This document shows positions 11,540-23,992 of a stretch of 64,000 bases of DNA, one piece after another. How positions within the stretch are numbered: position 1 is the first letter of the stretch; every line of letters begins with the position of its first letter. Under the pieces are notes generated by a model that did not search any database, was not told where the DNA came from, and worked only from the letters and a program-made list of their open reading frames with translations. Source of the DNA: Gracilinanus agilis (lineage: Eukaryota). The DNA lies in assembly GCF_016433145.1 (NCBI RefSeq), contig NC_058134.1:103878914-103942913 (forward strand). Reading direction: 5' to 3'. The position numbers and the translations under genes were made by a program.

Positions 11540-11915
11540 CTTGCCTCTATGACCTCTATGCAGATGGCTCACCAACTCTGGAATTTATACTTTCCTTGCC
11601 TGCTATCTTTGAGGATCCCTAGTTTTGTTTTGTTTTTTTGTTTTTGTTTTTGTTTTTACAGTTCAGGCGCTTTCTTCTCCAAAAAGACTTTCCTGACTCC
11701 ACCAGTTGTTAGGGCTATCTACCTCCTTAAATATCTTTAATTTTAAAATTTTCTTTGCATTTAATTACCTATTTTGTCCATTTCCTCCATTCTATTCTCC
11801 AATACCTCCAAAAGAATGCAAATTCTTTGATGAGGAATTGCTTAATTTTTTAATCTTCATTGCCTAGCCCTAGCCAAAGTCTGACCCACAGTATTTGCTT
11901 AATAAATGTTTATTC
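11540..11915 (+). mobile_element. L2 3' fragment containing a (TTTTG)n repeat
   Basis: Ends cacagtatttgcttaataaatgtttattc. Confidence 0.6.
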
Positions 11916-12545
11916 AATTAAAAGTATGGAAATTTCTTCATTGCATCACCCAGGAGAGAAAAACAAACCAAAACAAAACTTGCAAGTGGACAAGAAGTGA
12001 GATTAGGTCAAGCCCCATAAAATTCATTCCCTGCATGTGAACTAGACAAGTATTAGTCACAAGTGTGCATTTCAGGGACATTTCATTATGTCCCTGTGTA
12101 AAAGCATACTCATAGGAATAGACCAAAGTTTTCTTCTGCCTGATTTCTCACAGGCCAATGACCTTTATAAATGACAGCAAATCTCTGTTGAATGGAGGAT
12201 AAAGGGAAAAAGGAAAACATTAAGATATTTTGTCCTACTTTTCTGTGGCTTGTTGGAAATAATCATGGGACCTATTTGTCAAGCTCCAGCTATGACTCCT
12301 TTCCACAGTCATATCTGACAAGCAGAATGAAGGAAGAGTAAGTGAAGATGAATTGGCAGAGATATCATTTCTAGTCTGTCTCGTGGTCTTTCTAATTTCT
12401 CCTTAGATGAAATATCTATACAATATCAAGTCAGTTAAGTGAAAGAAACATTGGTGGGAAGAGGGAACGGTAAAGAGCCCTTTCTCCAGTATAAAAAGAA
12501 CCATTCAACACTATCTGTCATTTTCAGTTTTAATAGTCCACTTAC

Positions 12546-12617
12546 CCCTGCCATTCTTCCTATTTTTAACATGTAAATGAGCTTTCCTTATAAAAGGATA
12601 AATTGAAAGATAGTCCA
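12546..12617 (-). CDS. Candidate 72-nt symmetric exon, phase 1-1 (xDYLSIYPFIRKAHLHVKNRKNGRG)
   Basis: Minus strand tttttttttcctag| acceptor and GG|gtaagt donor; only one frame is open; length divisible by 3. No homolog recognised. Confidence 0.3.
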
Positions 12618-13429
12618 CTAGGAAAAAAAAAACATTCTCTTGGACCAAATGATGTTCCTGTCACTTTGGTAACAGTGAGCTGTTGAGTGGATGGAATTTT
12701 CTCCCACAAGAAATTGTGCTACTTAACACAGTTTCAACTAAACTAGAAAAATCATTGAGGAAGAATAACAATCAGAATTGATAGTGGGAGGGAAAAATTC
12801 ATTCATTTACTTAATTTATGGGACATCTATTATGTGTGAACTGTTGTACTAGATGAGAAAGACATGTTCCTCACCATCATGACTTGGTCATAAAATCTAG
12901 AAATGGGGCATACCTTTTCAGAATTGTATTTGTGTTCCCTGGTAAGGTCAAGAATTATATTTCTACTCTACTTTACCCTATATTTAAAAATTGAACTTCC
13001 TATGTTACTACCCACCAGAGAACTTGAACCTTCACTGTCAAACATGCAATTTGACATCACAAAATTAATACTCACATGATCTGGAGAGCAGATTTTTCCA
13101 ACACTGAAAATATTTGCATTCACAATACTTGAAAGAGTCCTTTATCACATGCTTATACAGATATCACCCAAAGTGGATACCTGCCTCCAGCCCTCTATTT
13201 TAAAAATGAAAATGTGTGTTCCTTCAGGAAAGATAAATGAAAGATGGTCTAGTGAGAATGAAGAAAACAGACTTTTTTAGTCCTGTCAGTAAGTTATGGT
13301 ACCTGTCCCTCATCACCCAAATTACTGCCTCCTACCTGATAAAAAGATTCCATCCATGATGTCTTTTATCAGTGCTGATCCTGCTTATTCTCTAGTACTT
13401 GCTTTGATAAGGTGCTATCTCACAAGCCA

Positions 13430-14270
13430 GTCCAATCCACCTGCTATATCTCCCCCTTCTGCAGATTTAAATAGTTCAGCACTCTTTGGTAATACTTAAC
13501 CAGTCATGAATCTACTTAACCATATAATAATCTAATTTATTCTTCTTCATCTTTTCTACAGAGCTATAAAGGATAAAATTTTTCAAGACTTTTTTCCTCT
13601 GAAATCAACATAATCACAGAATTTAAGAACTGTAAGGCCACCTTGGTGCTCACATAGTCTTACTCATGTCTAAAAATAATATTCTCTACAAAAGACCCAT
13701 GAAGTAGTTATCCAGTTTTTACTTGAAGAATTCCAATGAGGGGAAATTCCGTCCCTTTCTCCAGACAGCCCATTCTATTTTTGGATAGCTACCATTATTA
13801 GGAAGGTTCTATTTCTTCAAGTCCAGATTTACCTTGGCTTCCATCATATAATATTGATTCAAACTATGATTACAGTTCAATAAATCCTTATTACCTTTTG
13901 TTTTTTTAGATATGCTACTCTCTACCTAGGCCTCTCCCATTTGTATTTGTGACTCTGATTTTTCAAATACAAGTGCATATATATTTACACCATTCTGATT
14001 CTTCTTACTAGATCATAGGATTAAATTTGTTCTATGTCCTAGCCTCTTAAGAATTTTCTTGAATACAGACTGTCATCCATTGGGTTAACTATTCCTCCTA
14101 GTTTAGTGTCCTTTGCAACTTTGATAAACATGCCATTCCTACCTTTAACCAAATCTTGGATTAAAAAACAAACTGTAAAGAGGCAAGAACAGATCCTTGG
14201 TGTACTACACTATAGACTGTATTCTAAATTTGTATTATGCCACTAATAATTCCTCTTTGGGTCACACTAT
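13430..14270 (-). mobile_element. L3/CR1 RT region and 3' fragments
   Basis: Antisense translation MFIKVAKDTKLGGIVN resembles CR1 FADDTKLGG; L3 3' motif cagcccattctatttttggatagct. Confidence 0.75.
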
Positions 14271-15247
14271 AATTATTTTTCTCTTGAGAAGCACCTGGGG
14301 AATGCCATTCACCTTGGGTTTAATTACTGCCTTCAGAGGGTTGAAAAGAAGGCTTTCATCATTAATTTGAAGAAGCAGCCAATTTCTTCCTTTCCCCTTT
14401 AATTTCAGATTTGGTTAGGCTTTTAAAATTTGTACTTTAAGTGTACTAACAAAGATAATCTCCTCTCTCACTCCAAGTTCTTAGATCTGAGCTAAAGTAG
14501 AGTGTTCCCTGCCTCATACCTCCGAATTAGAAAAGAAGGTCTAGCCCTTTTTGTAACAAAGAAAAAAAGAGTACAGGTCGTACTCTGCTAAAGTGAGAAT
14601 TTCCCTTTGCCTGCAAAGTTCAGAATCATCTGACAAATCAAGCAGAATAAAATTACACTCAGGAATCAATTAGTTAGAAGACAAAAGCAAAAATGAAGGT
14701 TCTTTCTGACCTGTCAGAAAAATAAACATTGTAATTAAATGTCCTGAGCTAATCGAGTCTGTGGTTTTACCTTTTCTTGTTTGTTGCTTTGGATTTCCTA
14801 TCCAACATGTAATAAAATGTAGTGGTGAAAGGATAACAGCTTACAAATTTGGCATACACATTAGCTGTGTGTATATGTGTGCACAAAGGAGGAAAGGGGA
14901 AAGAAAAAAGGGTGGTGGTCAGTCTAAGTCTTCAGCTGGCCTTGGATGTGGGGCAGAATTTTTCTAAATTGTCTTTGACCTTGGGGGAACAAAGCAAAGC
15001 AACCTTTCCTAGCACAGTAAGGGAACCAAAGAAGAACAAATATTTAGACATGGTGGGGATGAAGGGAAATGGTGGATCTGCTTTGTCATTTGACACTGAA
15101 ATGTAATTCAGGTTCTCTGACCCTGTCTTTCTCTTTATCTCCAGAAGCATACTAGGCTCTGCCCTCGGTCCATTCACTGATGAAGAAACTAAAGCTTGGA
15201 GAGCCTGACAGTCTTTTACTACGAGCCAGTCAAAAACTCTGTATAGA

Positions 15248-16108
15248 TACCCCAAAGAGACCATAGATAAACAGACTTGTACAAAATATTTATAGCTGTA
15301 CTTTTTGTGGTGGCAACAAATTAGAAAATGAGGGGATGTCCTTCAATTGGGGAATGGCTGAACAAACTGTGGTATATGCGGGTGATGGAATACTATTGTG
15401 CTAAAAGGAATAATAAACTGGAGGAGTTCCAGGTGAACTGGAGAGACCTCCGGGAACTGATGCAGAGCAAAAGGAGCAGAGCCAGAAGAACTCTATACAC
15501 AGAGACTGATATACTGTGGTAAAATTGAATGTAATGGACCTCTGTACCAGCAGCAATACAATGATCCAGGACAATTCTGAGGGATTTATGGTAAAGACGC
15601 TACCCACATTCAGAGGAAGGACTGCAGGAGAGGAAACATATAAGAAAAACAACTGCTTGAACGCATGGGTTGGGGTGGACATGATTGNNNNNNNNNNNNN
15701 NNNNNNNNNNNNNNNNNNNNNNNNNNNNNNNNNNNNNNNNNNNNNNNNNNNNNNNNNNNNNNNNNNNNNNNNNNNNNNNNNNAATGACCCAGGACAATTC
15801 TGAGGGATTTATGGTAAAGACGCTGCCCACATTCAGAGGAAGGACTGAAGGAGAGGGAACACAAGAAAAACAACTGCTTGAACGCATGGGTTGGGATGGA
15901 CATGATTGAGGGTGTGGACTCGAAACTACCACACCAATGCAACTACCAACAATTTGGAAATAGGTCTTGATCAAGGACACATGACAAAACTAGTGGAAAT
16001 GTGCATCGGCCATGGGTGGGGGGAGTGCGGGGGGGTGAAGGAGAAAGGAGGAGCATGAATCATGTAACCATGTTAAAAATGAATATTAATAAATGTTAAA
16101 AAAAAAAC
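15248..16108 (+). mobile_element. 5'-truncated young L1 (ORF2 C-terminus, 3' UTR, poly-A) spanning a gap
   Basis: ORF MRGCPSIGEWLNKLWYM...; poly-A tail; 13-bp TSD aactctgtataga (15235-15247, 16109-16121). Confidence 0.95.
15688..15782. other. Assembly gap (95 N)
   Basis: Run of N. Confidence 1.
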
Positions 16109-16904
16109 AACTCTGTATAGAACTCAGTCCATGGCCTTTGTATTGGTTCTTTTCCATTCAAGTTGAATGGAATGGAGACTCCACCATGAGACCGACTTCT
16201 TAAAGCATGACTTCAATAGAGAAGAAGGTTCCAAGGCCTTTCTCTTACCACATGACTGTGAGGGGGTGAACAAGGTCCTTCAAGAATGATTGGGGCAAAA
16301 AAAGAGCAAATAAGGAAATGAGGAAGTAACTGAAGCTGGCAAGCCTTTCGGGATGCTTTGGAAACCAAAAAACCTCTTTTTCAATACAATTTAGATTGGT
16401 TAACCAACTGAACTAGTCCTTGGATGTCCTTACATGATCTACAGTATCTCTAAGATACTTCCTTTGTACATCCTCACACCTCTCCTGGAAGTGAGTTCCT
16501 CAACATTCTCCAAGTAGAAAGACAGTATCAGAGATACCCATTGTATTGACACAGTAAGCCATTTTTCAGAAACCCTAACTTTCATGATTCAACATATAGC
16601 CAGCTATTCATTGTTCATACAATTGTCTTCTACTGGATAAAGAAATGAAAACATCCCATGTATCTACAAAACCTTCAGTTACATATTTAGTGCTACAAAA
16701 TCTTTGAAGATGTGTTCTTATATTTTCTGGTCTTATCATACATCTCCATATTTATCCAAAGAAGTGACTTTTGGTGAGTCTTTGAAATTCTCCATCATTA
16801 CTTGGTAAATGCTATAAGAATATTTTGTATTTTCCATATATATTGACTCCTGTGGTAGAAGAAACATCTTAACTACTACCTCTGAACAGAGTAAGCATTT
16901 TTTT

Positions 16905-17095
16905 CTTCTTTATTTTCAAACCCTCATCTTCTATCTTAGAAATGATATTAAATATTGGTTCCAAGGCAGAAAAGTTGAACAGACTAGGCAATTCAGATCA
17001 ACTGAATTAATTAAATTCTGAAGCCAGATTTGATCCCAGGACTCTCATCTCCAGGTTTGACTCTCTATCTACTGAATTACCTAGATGTCTCCCCT
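16905..17095 (-). mobile_element. Older marsupial CORE-SINE
   Basis: aaaccctcatcttctatcttaga...ttccaaggcagaa tail in antisense. Confidence 0.7.
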
Positions 17096-17184
17096 CCTTT
17101 TTACCCTTTAAAAAGATATTGATACCATCCTTGATACTTGGTTGATCCAAGAGAAAGAAAGAAAGAAGTACCTATTACGATGCC

Positions 17185-17405
17185 TAGCACTGGAGTAAAA
17201 TGCTTTACAGTTAGTTTTTCAATAATACTCATAACAACCCTTCATAATAGATGCAATTATTACCTCTACTTTATAATGGAAGAAACTGAAAGAAGTTAAA
17301 TAACTTGTCCAGGGTCTCAGAGCTAGTTAAGTATCTAGGGCTAGATTTGAACTCAGGTCTTCCTGACTTCAGACAGAATGTTCTATGTACTTTGCTACCT
17401 AGATG
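17185..17405 (-). mobile_element. MIR
   Basis: ctcataacaaccct...gatttgaactcaggtcttcctgacttc antisense MIR. Confidence 0.8.
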
Positions 17406-17809
17406 CTTTGGGGGATTAAAAAACTCAGGCTGTTGCTATCATTTCCTCGTTTCTAGAATATAAAGCAGACCCAAAGATCCAGTTCTCATGCTGGTTCAAG
17501 GGCTTGGTTCAACAGAGATATATCCTCAATGTCTTCTCCTTCATTGGCTATGGAACTCTCTTTTAACTTCTAAACATACGATTGTATAATTTTATTCCAG
17601 TATCAAATATACTCTGTAAGGGACTTGACAACTTAAAAAAAGCTCAAAACATCTCCATAAACTTTAGCAGAGATAGCCACTGTGTGTTAATATTTCCTGG
17701 GGTTAGCAACAAGGTTCTTAGCACCAACTAATCATGGTCTACAAGTTTTGGAACCTTGCCATAAACACTTGTAATTTTGCATTCATTTTCACTACTTGAC
17801 TGCACTAGG

Positions 17810-19590
17810 GAAACATTTGTAACACATTTATTAAGCATCTACTATGTTCCAGACACTGTACCAATTTCTGGAGATACAAGTGATGGCAAAAATAGTCCCT
17901 GTTCTCAAGAAGCTTACAGTGTAATGTGGGGAGAGAATATGAAAACAACTACATACAAACAAGATAAATACAGACTAAATTAGAGATAATCTCAGAAAAA
18001 AAGGCACTAACATTAAGGGTGATCAGAAAATACTTCTTGTAAAAAGATGAAATTTTATTGGAGACTTGAAGAAAGTCAGGGAATAAAAGGGACAAAAATG
18101 AGAAGAAAGAGAATTCTGATTTTGGGGACCAGGAGCGTCAGTGAAAAAGCCTCAGATGTCCTCCATGAGGAACAGAAAGGAAGCTGGTGTTGCTAAAATG
18201 CAGATTGCATAGAGGCTGAGTATGAAGTGTAAGAAGATAGTAAAGGCAGGAAGGGGAAAGATTATGTAAGACTTTCAAAATTAGAGAAATTTATATTTGA
18301 TCTTGGAGTTAATAAAGAGCCACTGGAGTTTATTGAATGTGTGTGTTTGTGAATTTTAACTTAAGAAGATCACTTTAAAAGCTGAGTGAAGGATAGACTG
18401 GAGTGAGCACAGACTTTGAAGAAGGAAGACCAACCAAAAGGTTATTACAATAGTCCAAGGATGAGATGGTGAGGATCGGCATCATGGTGGTGACAGTATC
18501 AGAAGAGAGAAGGGGGCACAAGAGACATTCCAAAGGTAAAAGCAAGAGGTCTTGGTAACAAATGTGACAAAGTGAGGACTAGGGGATGACCCTGAAGTTA
18601 TGAGCCTGGAGTACTAGAGGGCTGATGGTGCCCCTCACTAGAAATAGAGACATTAGGTAAAGGGTATTGCTTGGGAGTAAAGATAATGAACTCTGTTTGG
18701 GACATATTGAGTGTAACATGTCTCCTGAACATCCAGTTTGAGATATCCAATAGGCAGTTGTAGAAGAATGAAAGTCAAGAGACCAGTTAGGGGTGGATAA
18801 ATAGGTGTGAGAATTATCCAATAAGGGATAATAATTGAATACATGGGAACAAATGATGTCACTAAGTGAAATAATAATAATTATCACTAAATATCACTAA
18901 GTGAAATAGAATCAAAGAGAAGAGGGTTCAGACTAGAGCATTGGGAGACACCCAGAGTTAGCAGACATGACCTACATGAAGATCTAAGGAAGGAAATTGG
19001 AAAGGAGCATTCAGACAAGTAGGAGGAGAACCAGAATAGAGCAATTTTGTGCAAACCTAGAGAAAAGAGAATATCAAAGAGAAGAGGATGAGTGATAGTG
19101 TCTAAAGCTTTACAGATCAAGAAGGATGAGGACTGAGAAAAGACCATTAGATTTGGCAATTAAAAGATCTTTGCTGACTTTAAATAGAGCAATTTCAGTT
19201 GAATGACATTTGAGGTGAGACTATAAAGAGTTATGAAGAAAATAAAAGGAAAGGAAAAGGAAACACAGATTGTGGATGGCTTTCTCAAGGAATTTAGCCT
19301 GAGAAGAAACATAGAGGGCAATGACCAGTGGGGATTAATGAATCAAAAGAATGTTTTTTTGAGTATGGTAAAGATAAGGGTGTGTTTGTAGGCTGTAGAG
19401 GAAAAGGGGGAGATTTGAGATTAACAAAAGAGCTAGAATGCTAAAAGGGGCAAACTATTAGAGAAGGTAGCCTGAAATGGGATCAATTTGTGTAGGGGGG
19501 TTGCTTTATTAAGGAAAAGGACAACCTCTTCATTTGAAAGAGGTCTAAAGGAGGCATATAGTCATGTGAGATGAGAAGGTCCAGAGGAAG
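17810..19590 (-). mobile_element. L2 LINE, about 1.8-kb 3' portion with decayed RT
   Basis: Listed ORFs 18887-19159 (ALDTITHPLL...WFSSYLSECSF...GVSQCSSLNPLLF) and 18579-18887 (FNYYPLLDNSH) are degenerate L2 RT motifs (AFDTVDH, GVPQGSVLGPLLF, YADD); L2 3' end at 17810. Confidence 0.9.
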
Positions 19591-20251
19591 AAGGAATTCT
19601 CTGGAAAAACCTAAATTTCTGTTGTTCTCTGGAAAGTCACAACAAACCACAAAATACCATTAGTAACTATAATTTCAGCTTATTCCTGGCTCTATTTATG
19701 AGATGCTAGACTTCTATTTTCTGGGTTTCTCCTAGGAAACAGGCTTTATGTGGGACTGACTTTCTCTCCCTCTCTGTTACTAACCTTTGCTAATGTCTTC
19801 CATCCTCTTTTGTTTGATCATTTAGCCACTGAGCTGCTGGTCCCCAAGGTCTCTTTCATCTTTTAGCCCTATGATTCCTTGATTTGCACTATATTTAGTC
19901 ATTTTCTTTAAGAAAATGAAAAGACATTCTCCCAAAAGAGGGGAAGAATGAAGGAAGTGGGCAATGACTCAAAGAACTTGCAAATTGATATCATTAGCTG
20001 CCATTAAAATACATTTTTTCCCATTTGTTTACTTAGTATTTAATGAAAGCAGCAAATAACTTCAAAAGCAATATTCCACTAAAGCTCTATGCACCCCTTG
20101 GATTATTATGATGTTGAATAAATACTGGCAGTGAAAGAATAATCATTAGTATTTATCATTGCTATATGACTAAGACTGTAATATAGGGAGCATGTATAGG
20201 GGCTAGACTAACAAATAAGCAGATGTTCAGCAAACATTTTTTTCTCTAAAA

Positions 20252-20364
20252 TTGATGAATATTGAAAAACAGAAAACAAATAAATTGCATTGGGTTAGTT
20301 TATCTTTCATATTTGCCAAAACACATATAGGACTTGAATATTTTTTTAAAGCAGAGTTTGACAA
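20252..20364 (+). repeat. Source copy of a 113-bp inverted duplication
   Basis: Equals the reverse complement of 22181-22292 except for one substitution and one extra T. Confidence 0.97.
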
Positions 20365-20811
20365 CCTCCTTAACCAAGGATTAACAGTGAGGCTAAATAG
20401 AGCCCTCGGGTGCCACTAGTATGTCAAAGGCATGGAAATGCAAGAAAGAATAAAGTTAAAATTCTACAACAGACATTTATTAAGTCCTTACTGTATGCAA
20501 AGCACTACCCTATGTACTAGAGATACAAAAATAAAAAAATGAATGAATGAAAATTGTGTGCCAAGTACTATGCTAAATGTTGGTTAATATAATTATATTA
20601 CATAAAAATATATAATTATTATATATTATATGTAATACATCAATATTATGTAAAATAATTACAAAAGCAAAGAAAGTTGCTTTCCCCCAGGGGTTTGCAT
20701 CTTAGCACATGAAAAAACACACATAAGAGAGTGGTAGCCAAGGAGGGTTACTTTGGTCATTACTAACTAAAGGAGGGGATGGGACCATGGGTGATTAAGA
20801 TGATGAATTCA

Positions 20812-21077
20812 AAACAACTGCTTGATCACATGAGTTGATGGGGATGTGATTGTGGATGCAGACTCTAAACAATTGCCCTAGTGCAAATACTAATACTATG
20901 GAAATAGGTCTTGATCAATGACACATGTAAAACCCCCGTGGAATTGTACTTCAGCTATGGGAGTGGTGTGGGAAGAGGGGAGAGAAAGAACATGAATTGT
21001 GTTTCCATGGAAAATTTTCTTAATTAATAAATTAAAAAAATAAAATAAAAAATCTTTACCTTCCAAAAAATAAAAAG
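20812..21077 (+). mobile_element. L1 3' UTR fragment with poly-A
   Basis: ggaaataggtcttgatcaatgacacatgtaaaacc motif; perfect 15-bp TSD aagatgatgaattca (20797-20811, 21078-21092). Confidence 0.92.
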
Positions 21078-22180
21078 AAGATGATGAATTCATTTAGGGG
21101 AAAATGGCAAAAGTTGATTTAATCATGGTTCATAGTTTCAGAACTGAGAGGGAGATGGAGGGAAGGAGGGAAGACTACTGGCTTGTAGAGGAGGAGAAGA
21201 GAGAGTGCATTCTGAAGAGGGGACATGGCCTAGATGAAGACAGAGAGGGGAAATGAACTATCAAGTTAAGAGAAGAAGGCCATACTGCCTAGAATAGTAG
21301 ACGCATAAAAAGGCTTTATATGAAATATATGAAAAGGCAGCTGGGAGCCATGTTTAGAAAAGGTCTAACTACCAGACTGAGAACTTATCCAAGGGGCAAA
21401 AGGGAATTTACCAGAAATATTTAAGCAAGAAATGAGATTAGCAAAATATTAATTTAGCAGTCATATGAAAGAGCAATTGGAAAGATGATATAGTAAGTAC
21501 AAGGGAGACATTTATAAGACTTCTGCAATGCAATGAGCAAATGATGACATGCTAGCAATTTGAGTGGATGGCACCAGAAATTTGAATGGAGATAAGTAGA
21601 AAGGAGGAAGAAATATTGTGGAGGTAGCAACGGCCATATAATGGCATCCAATAGCTTAGAGGGGGAGGAGGGTGAACAAAAAGAAAGAATGAAGTAGATG
21701 CCAAGGCTGTGAACCAATATGACTGGAAGGATGGTAGTGCTCTCAAAAGAAATTTGGGGAGTGGGAGATAGTGGGAAAGAATAGAAAGAGTTCTGTTTTA
21801 GATATATTAAGTTTGAAATGCTGATGGAATTTGAATGTAGCTTTGGAGTTTAGGAGATAAGAGTGATCAAGATTCCAGAAGAAAGCTGATGAAGCATACT
21901 ACCTACCTTTGAAAAGCTATAATGAATTTTAGATGAAGAATAAGATGTCTGTTTTTGGATGTGAGCAATACAGGAATTTGAGTGACTATGCAAAACTATG
22001 CATTTTTCATTAGAAGGAGGGGAGAGGATATAAAGATGGAGATAGGAGGAAGCAAAAATAAATCTTTGCTTTTTAAAAAAATTAAAGAAGTAAGGTTTGG
22101 ATATAATTGATTTGAGAGCCCTATGTTCACATAATCAGAACCTAATGGAAGTCATGGGATTACTTGCAGAGAGAAGTGTT

Positions 22181-22292
22181 TTGTCAAACTCTGCTTTAAA
22201 AAATATTCAAGTCCTATATGTATTTTGGCAAATATGAAAGATAAACTAACCCAATGCAATTTATTTGTTTTCTGTTTTTCAATATTCATCAA
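22181..22292 (-). repeat. Inverted copy of 20252-20364 inserted within L2
   Basis: Direct reverse-complement comparison; L2-like sequence on both sides. Confidence 0.97.
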
Positions 22293-23129
22293 GGGAGAAG
22301 AAGTATAGGTAATCGTTAACAATGTCAGCAAAGGCCTGAGGATTAAGAGGAGGCAGTTCAATCTAAAATTCAGTCAAGTGGTCGAGAGAAAAGTCAGATT
22401 GTAAAAAACTGAGAAATTTGTGGGAAATAAGAAAACAGACAATGAATATGGGTGACTCTTTAAGAGTCTGTCTATGAAAGAGAGATTTTCAGAAATAGCT
22501 TTGAAGCATAAGAGAATAAAGTAGAAATTTTGTAAAGGTAGGATTTTGTGGGGTGGAGTCTCCAAACATGGTTTTGGATCTACAAAGTGTTAATTCATAT
22601 CTGACAAGAATTTAAAGGAATTTTAAAAATTCATTAGAAAGCTGGCTAGGGCCAGGACTTCCTTTTGCCATCTAATGGGATATATTTACTTAGAAACCCC
22701 TTCCTTTGCAGAAGAGAGCCAAACTCAGAATTCCTGGTTCTGATTAGCATTTTTTCTAGAGGTGAAAAGAAATTCCCTTTAATTTCTTTCAAATTTCTAT
22801 TGTCAGACTACATTCCAAAACTTATCACTGAGACAACCCAATGAAATTCTAAGAAAGGAATTTTTATACCTTGCCCAGTCAAGAACACAGACAATAACCC
22901 TTCTTTTTGGCAAGTACTAAATACAGTCAGCCCAAGTTGATAAATATTTGTTAAAATGAATTGAACTAAGTGTCTGCAACCTGTAAGTTACTGGGTTAAG
23001 CACTATAATATATTTAAAAATCTGAAAACATTGCAAGATCCTGATGAAATCATAATAATAATTATGATTTGGATTCCTCAACTGCCAAATGGTAAAAGGA
23101 TATAAATAGATGAAGAAATTAGAATAATT

Positions 23130-23730
23130 AGTGACTTGAAAAATGTTCCAAATAACAATTAGAGAAATACAAATTAAAACAATGAGATATTACCTACACT
23201 TATCAGATTTGCTAATATGATAAAAATGGAAAATGATAAATGTTGGAAGGGATATGGAAAATTGGATCACTAAAGTACTGCTATTGGAGCCGTGAACTGA
23301 TACAACCATTCTGGAGAGCACTTTGGAACCATGCCCAAAGGTCCATCAAACTGTACATACTCTTTGATCCAGTAATACCACTACTAGGTCAATATCCCAA
23401 AAGGATTAAAGATAGGGGGAAAGGATGTACATGTGCAAAAAAAATAGCAGTTCTTTTTATAGTAGCAAAGAACTGGAAACTGAAGAGATGCCCATCAATT
23501 GCAATTTGACTGAACAAGTTGTGGTATATGATTATAGTGGAATACTATTATGCCGTAAGAAGTGACAAACAAGATGAACACAAAAACCCTAGAAATAATT
23601 ATATGAAGTGATGCAAAGTGAAGTGAGCAGAAACAGAAGAACTTAATACACAGGAACAGCAATAAAATACAGTGATCAACTGTGAATAACTATACTATTA
23701 TCAGCAATGCAAGGATCCAAGACAAGAGCT
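23130..23730 (+). mobile_element. L1 ORF2 C-terminal region and start of 3' UTR
   Basis: ORF 23240-23509 (ELIQPFWRALWNHAQR...FDPVIPLLGQYPK) is typical of the L1 ORF2 end. Confidence 0.9.
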
Positions 23731-23928
23731 TTTCAATTAATACAATTCCTTAAAATTAATATCTTTTTTCACTATCATATATAATTAGCTGGAACTTTTG
23801 CCTGTTTTATGAAAAGACGGCCTTAAAAAAGTCACATAAACAGTCTACCTTCTTGAAAAGAGACTCTAATAAGAGTCTTAGAAGGAGATAACATCTTAGA
23901 AGGAGAAAGCAAGATTTCAAGAGAGAGT

Positions 23929-23992
23929 TGAAATTGGCACCCTCTTTTCTTTACATTGTGTTAAATGTAAAGAAAAGAGGGTGCCAATTTCA
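23929..23992. repeat. Perfect hairpin with 29-bp arms and 6-nt loop
   Basis: tgaaattggcaccctcttttctttacatt-gtgtta-aatgtaaagaaaagagggtgccaatttca. Confidence 0.97.

Larger units (their letters stand above)
20455..22560 (-). mobile_element. Second decayed L2, interrupted by an L1 fragment and an inverted insert
   Basis: L2 3' end acatttattaagtccttactgtatgc at about 20470, and purine-rich antisense L2 body. Confidence 0.72.

Noticed and set aside
16152-16172. 10-bp inverted repeat ttccattcaa-g-ttgaatggaa
   Set aside because: Short enough to be expected by chance in 64 kb of AT-rich DNA.
14760-16830. GC-richer unique region split by the L1, with ORFs of 85-110 aa; considered as a processed pseudogene or endogenous viral element (borna-/filovirus-like)
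   Set aside because: After removing the L1, the frames I translated still had stops at roughly random frequency. Only 4-6 residue resemblances (GPSRM, TSPW) and no polymerase or nucleoprotein motifs were found. A tBLASTx search would be needed to exclude it fully.
20580-20660. AT-only quasi-palindromic stretch
   Set aside because: Low-complexity sequence; self-complementarity is trivial.
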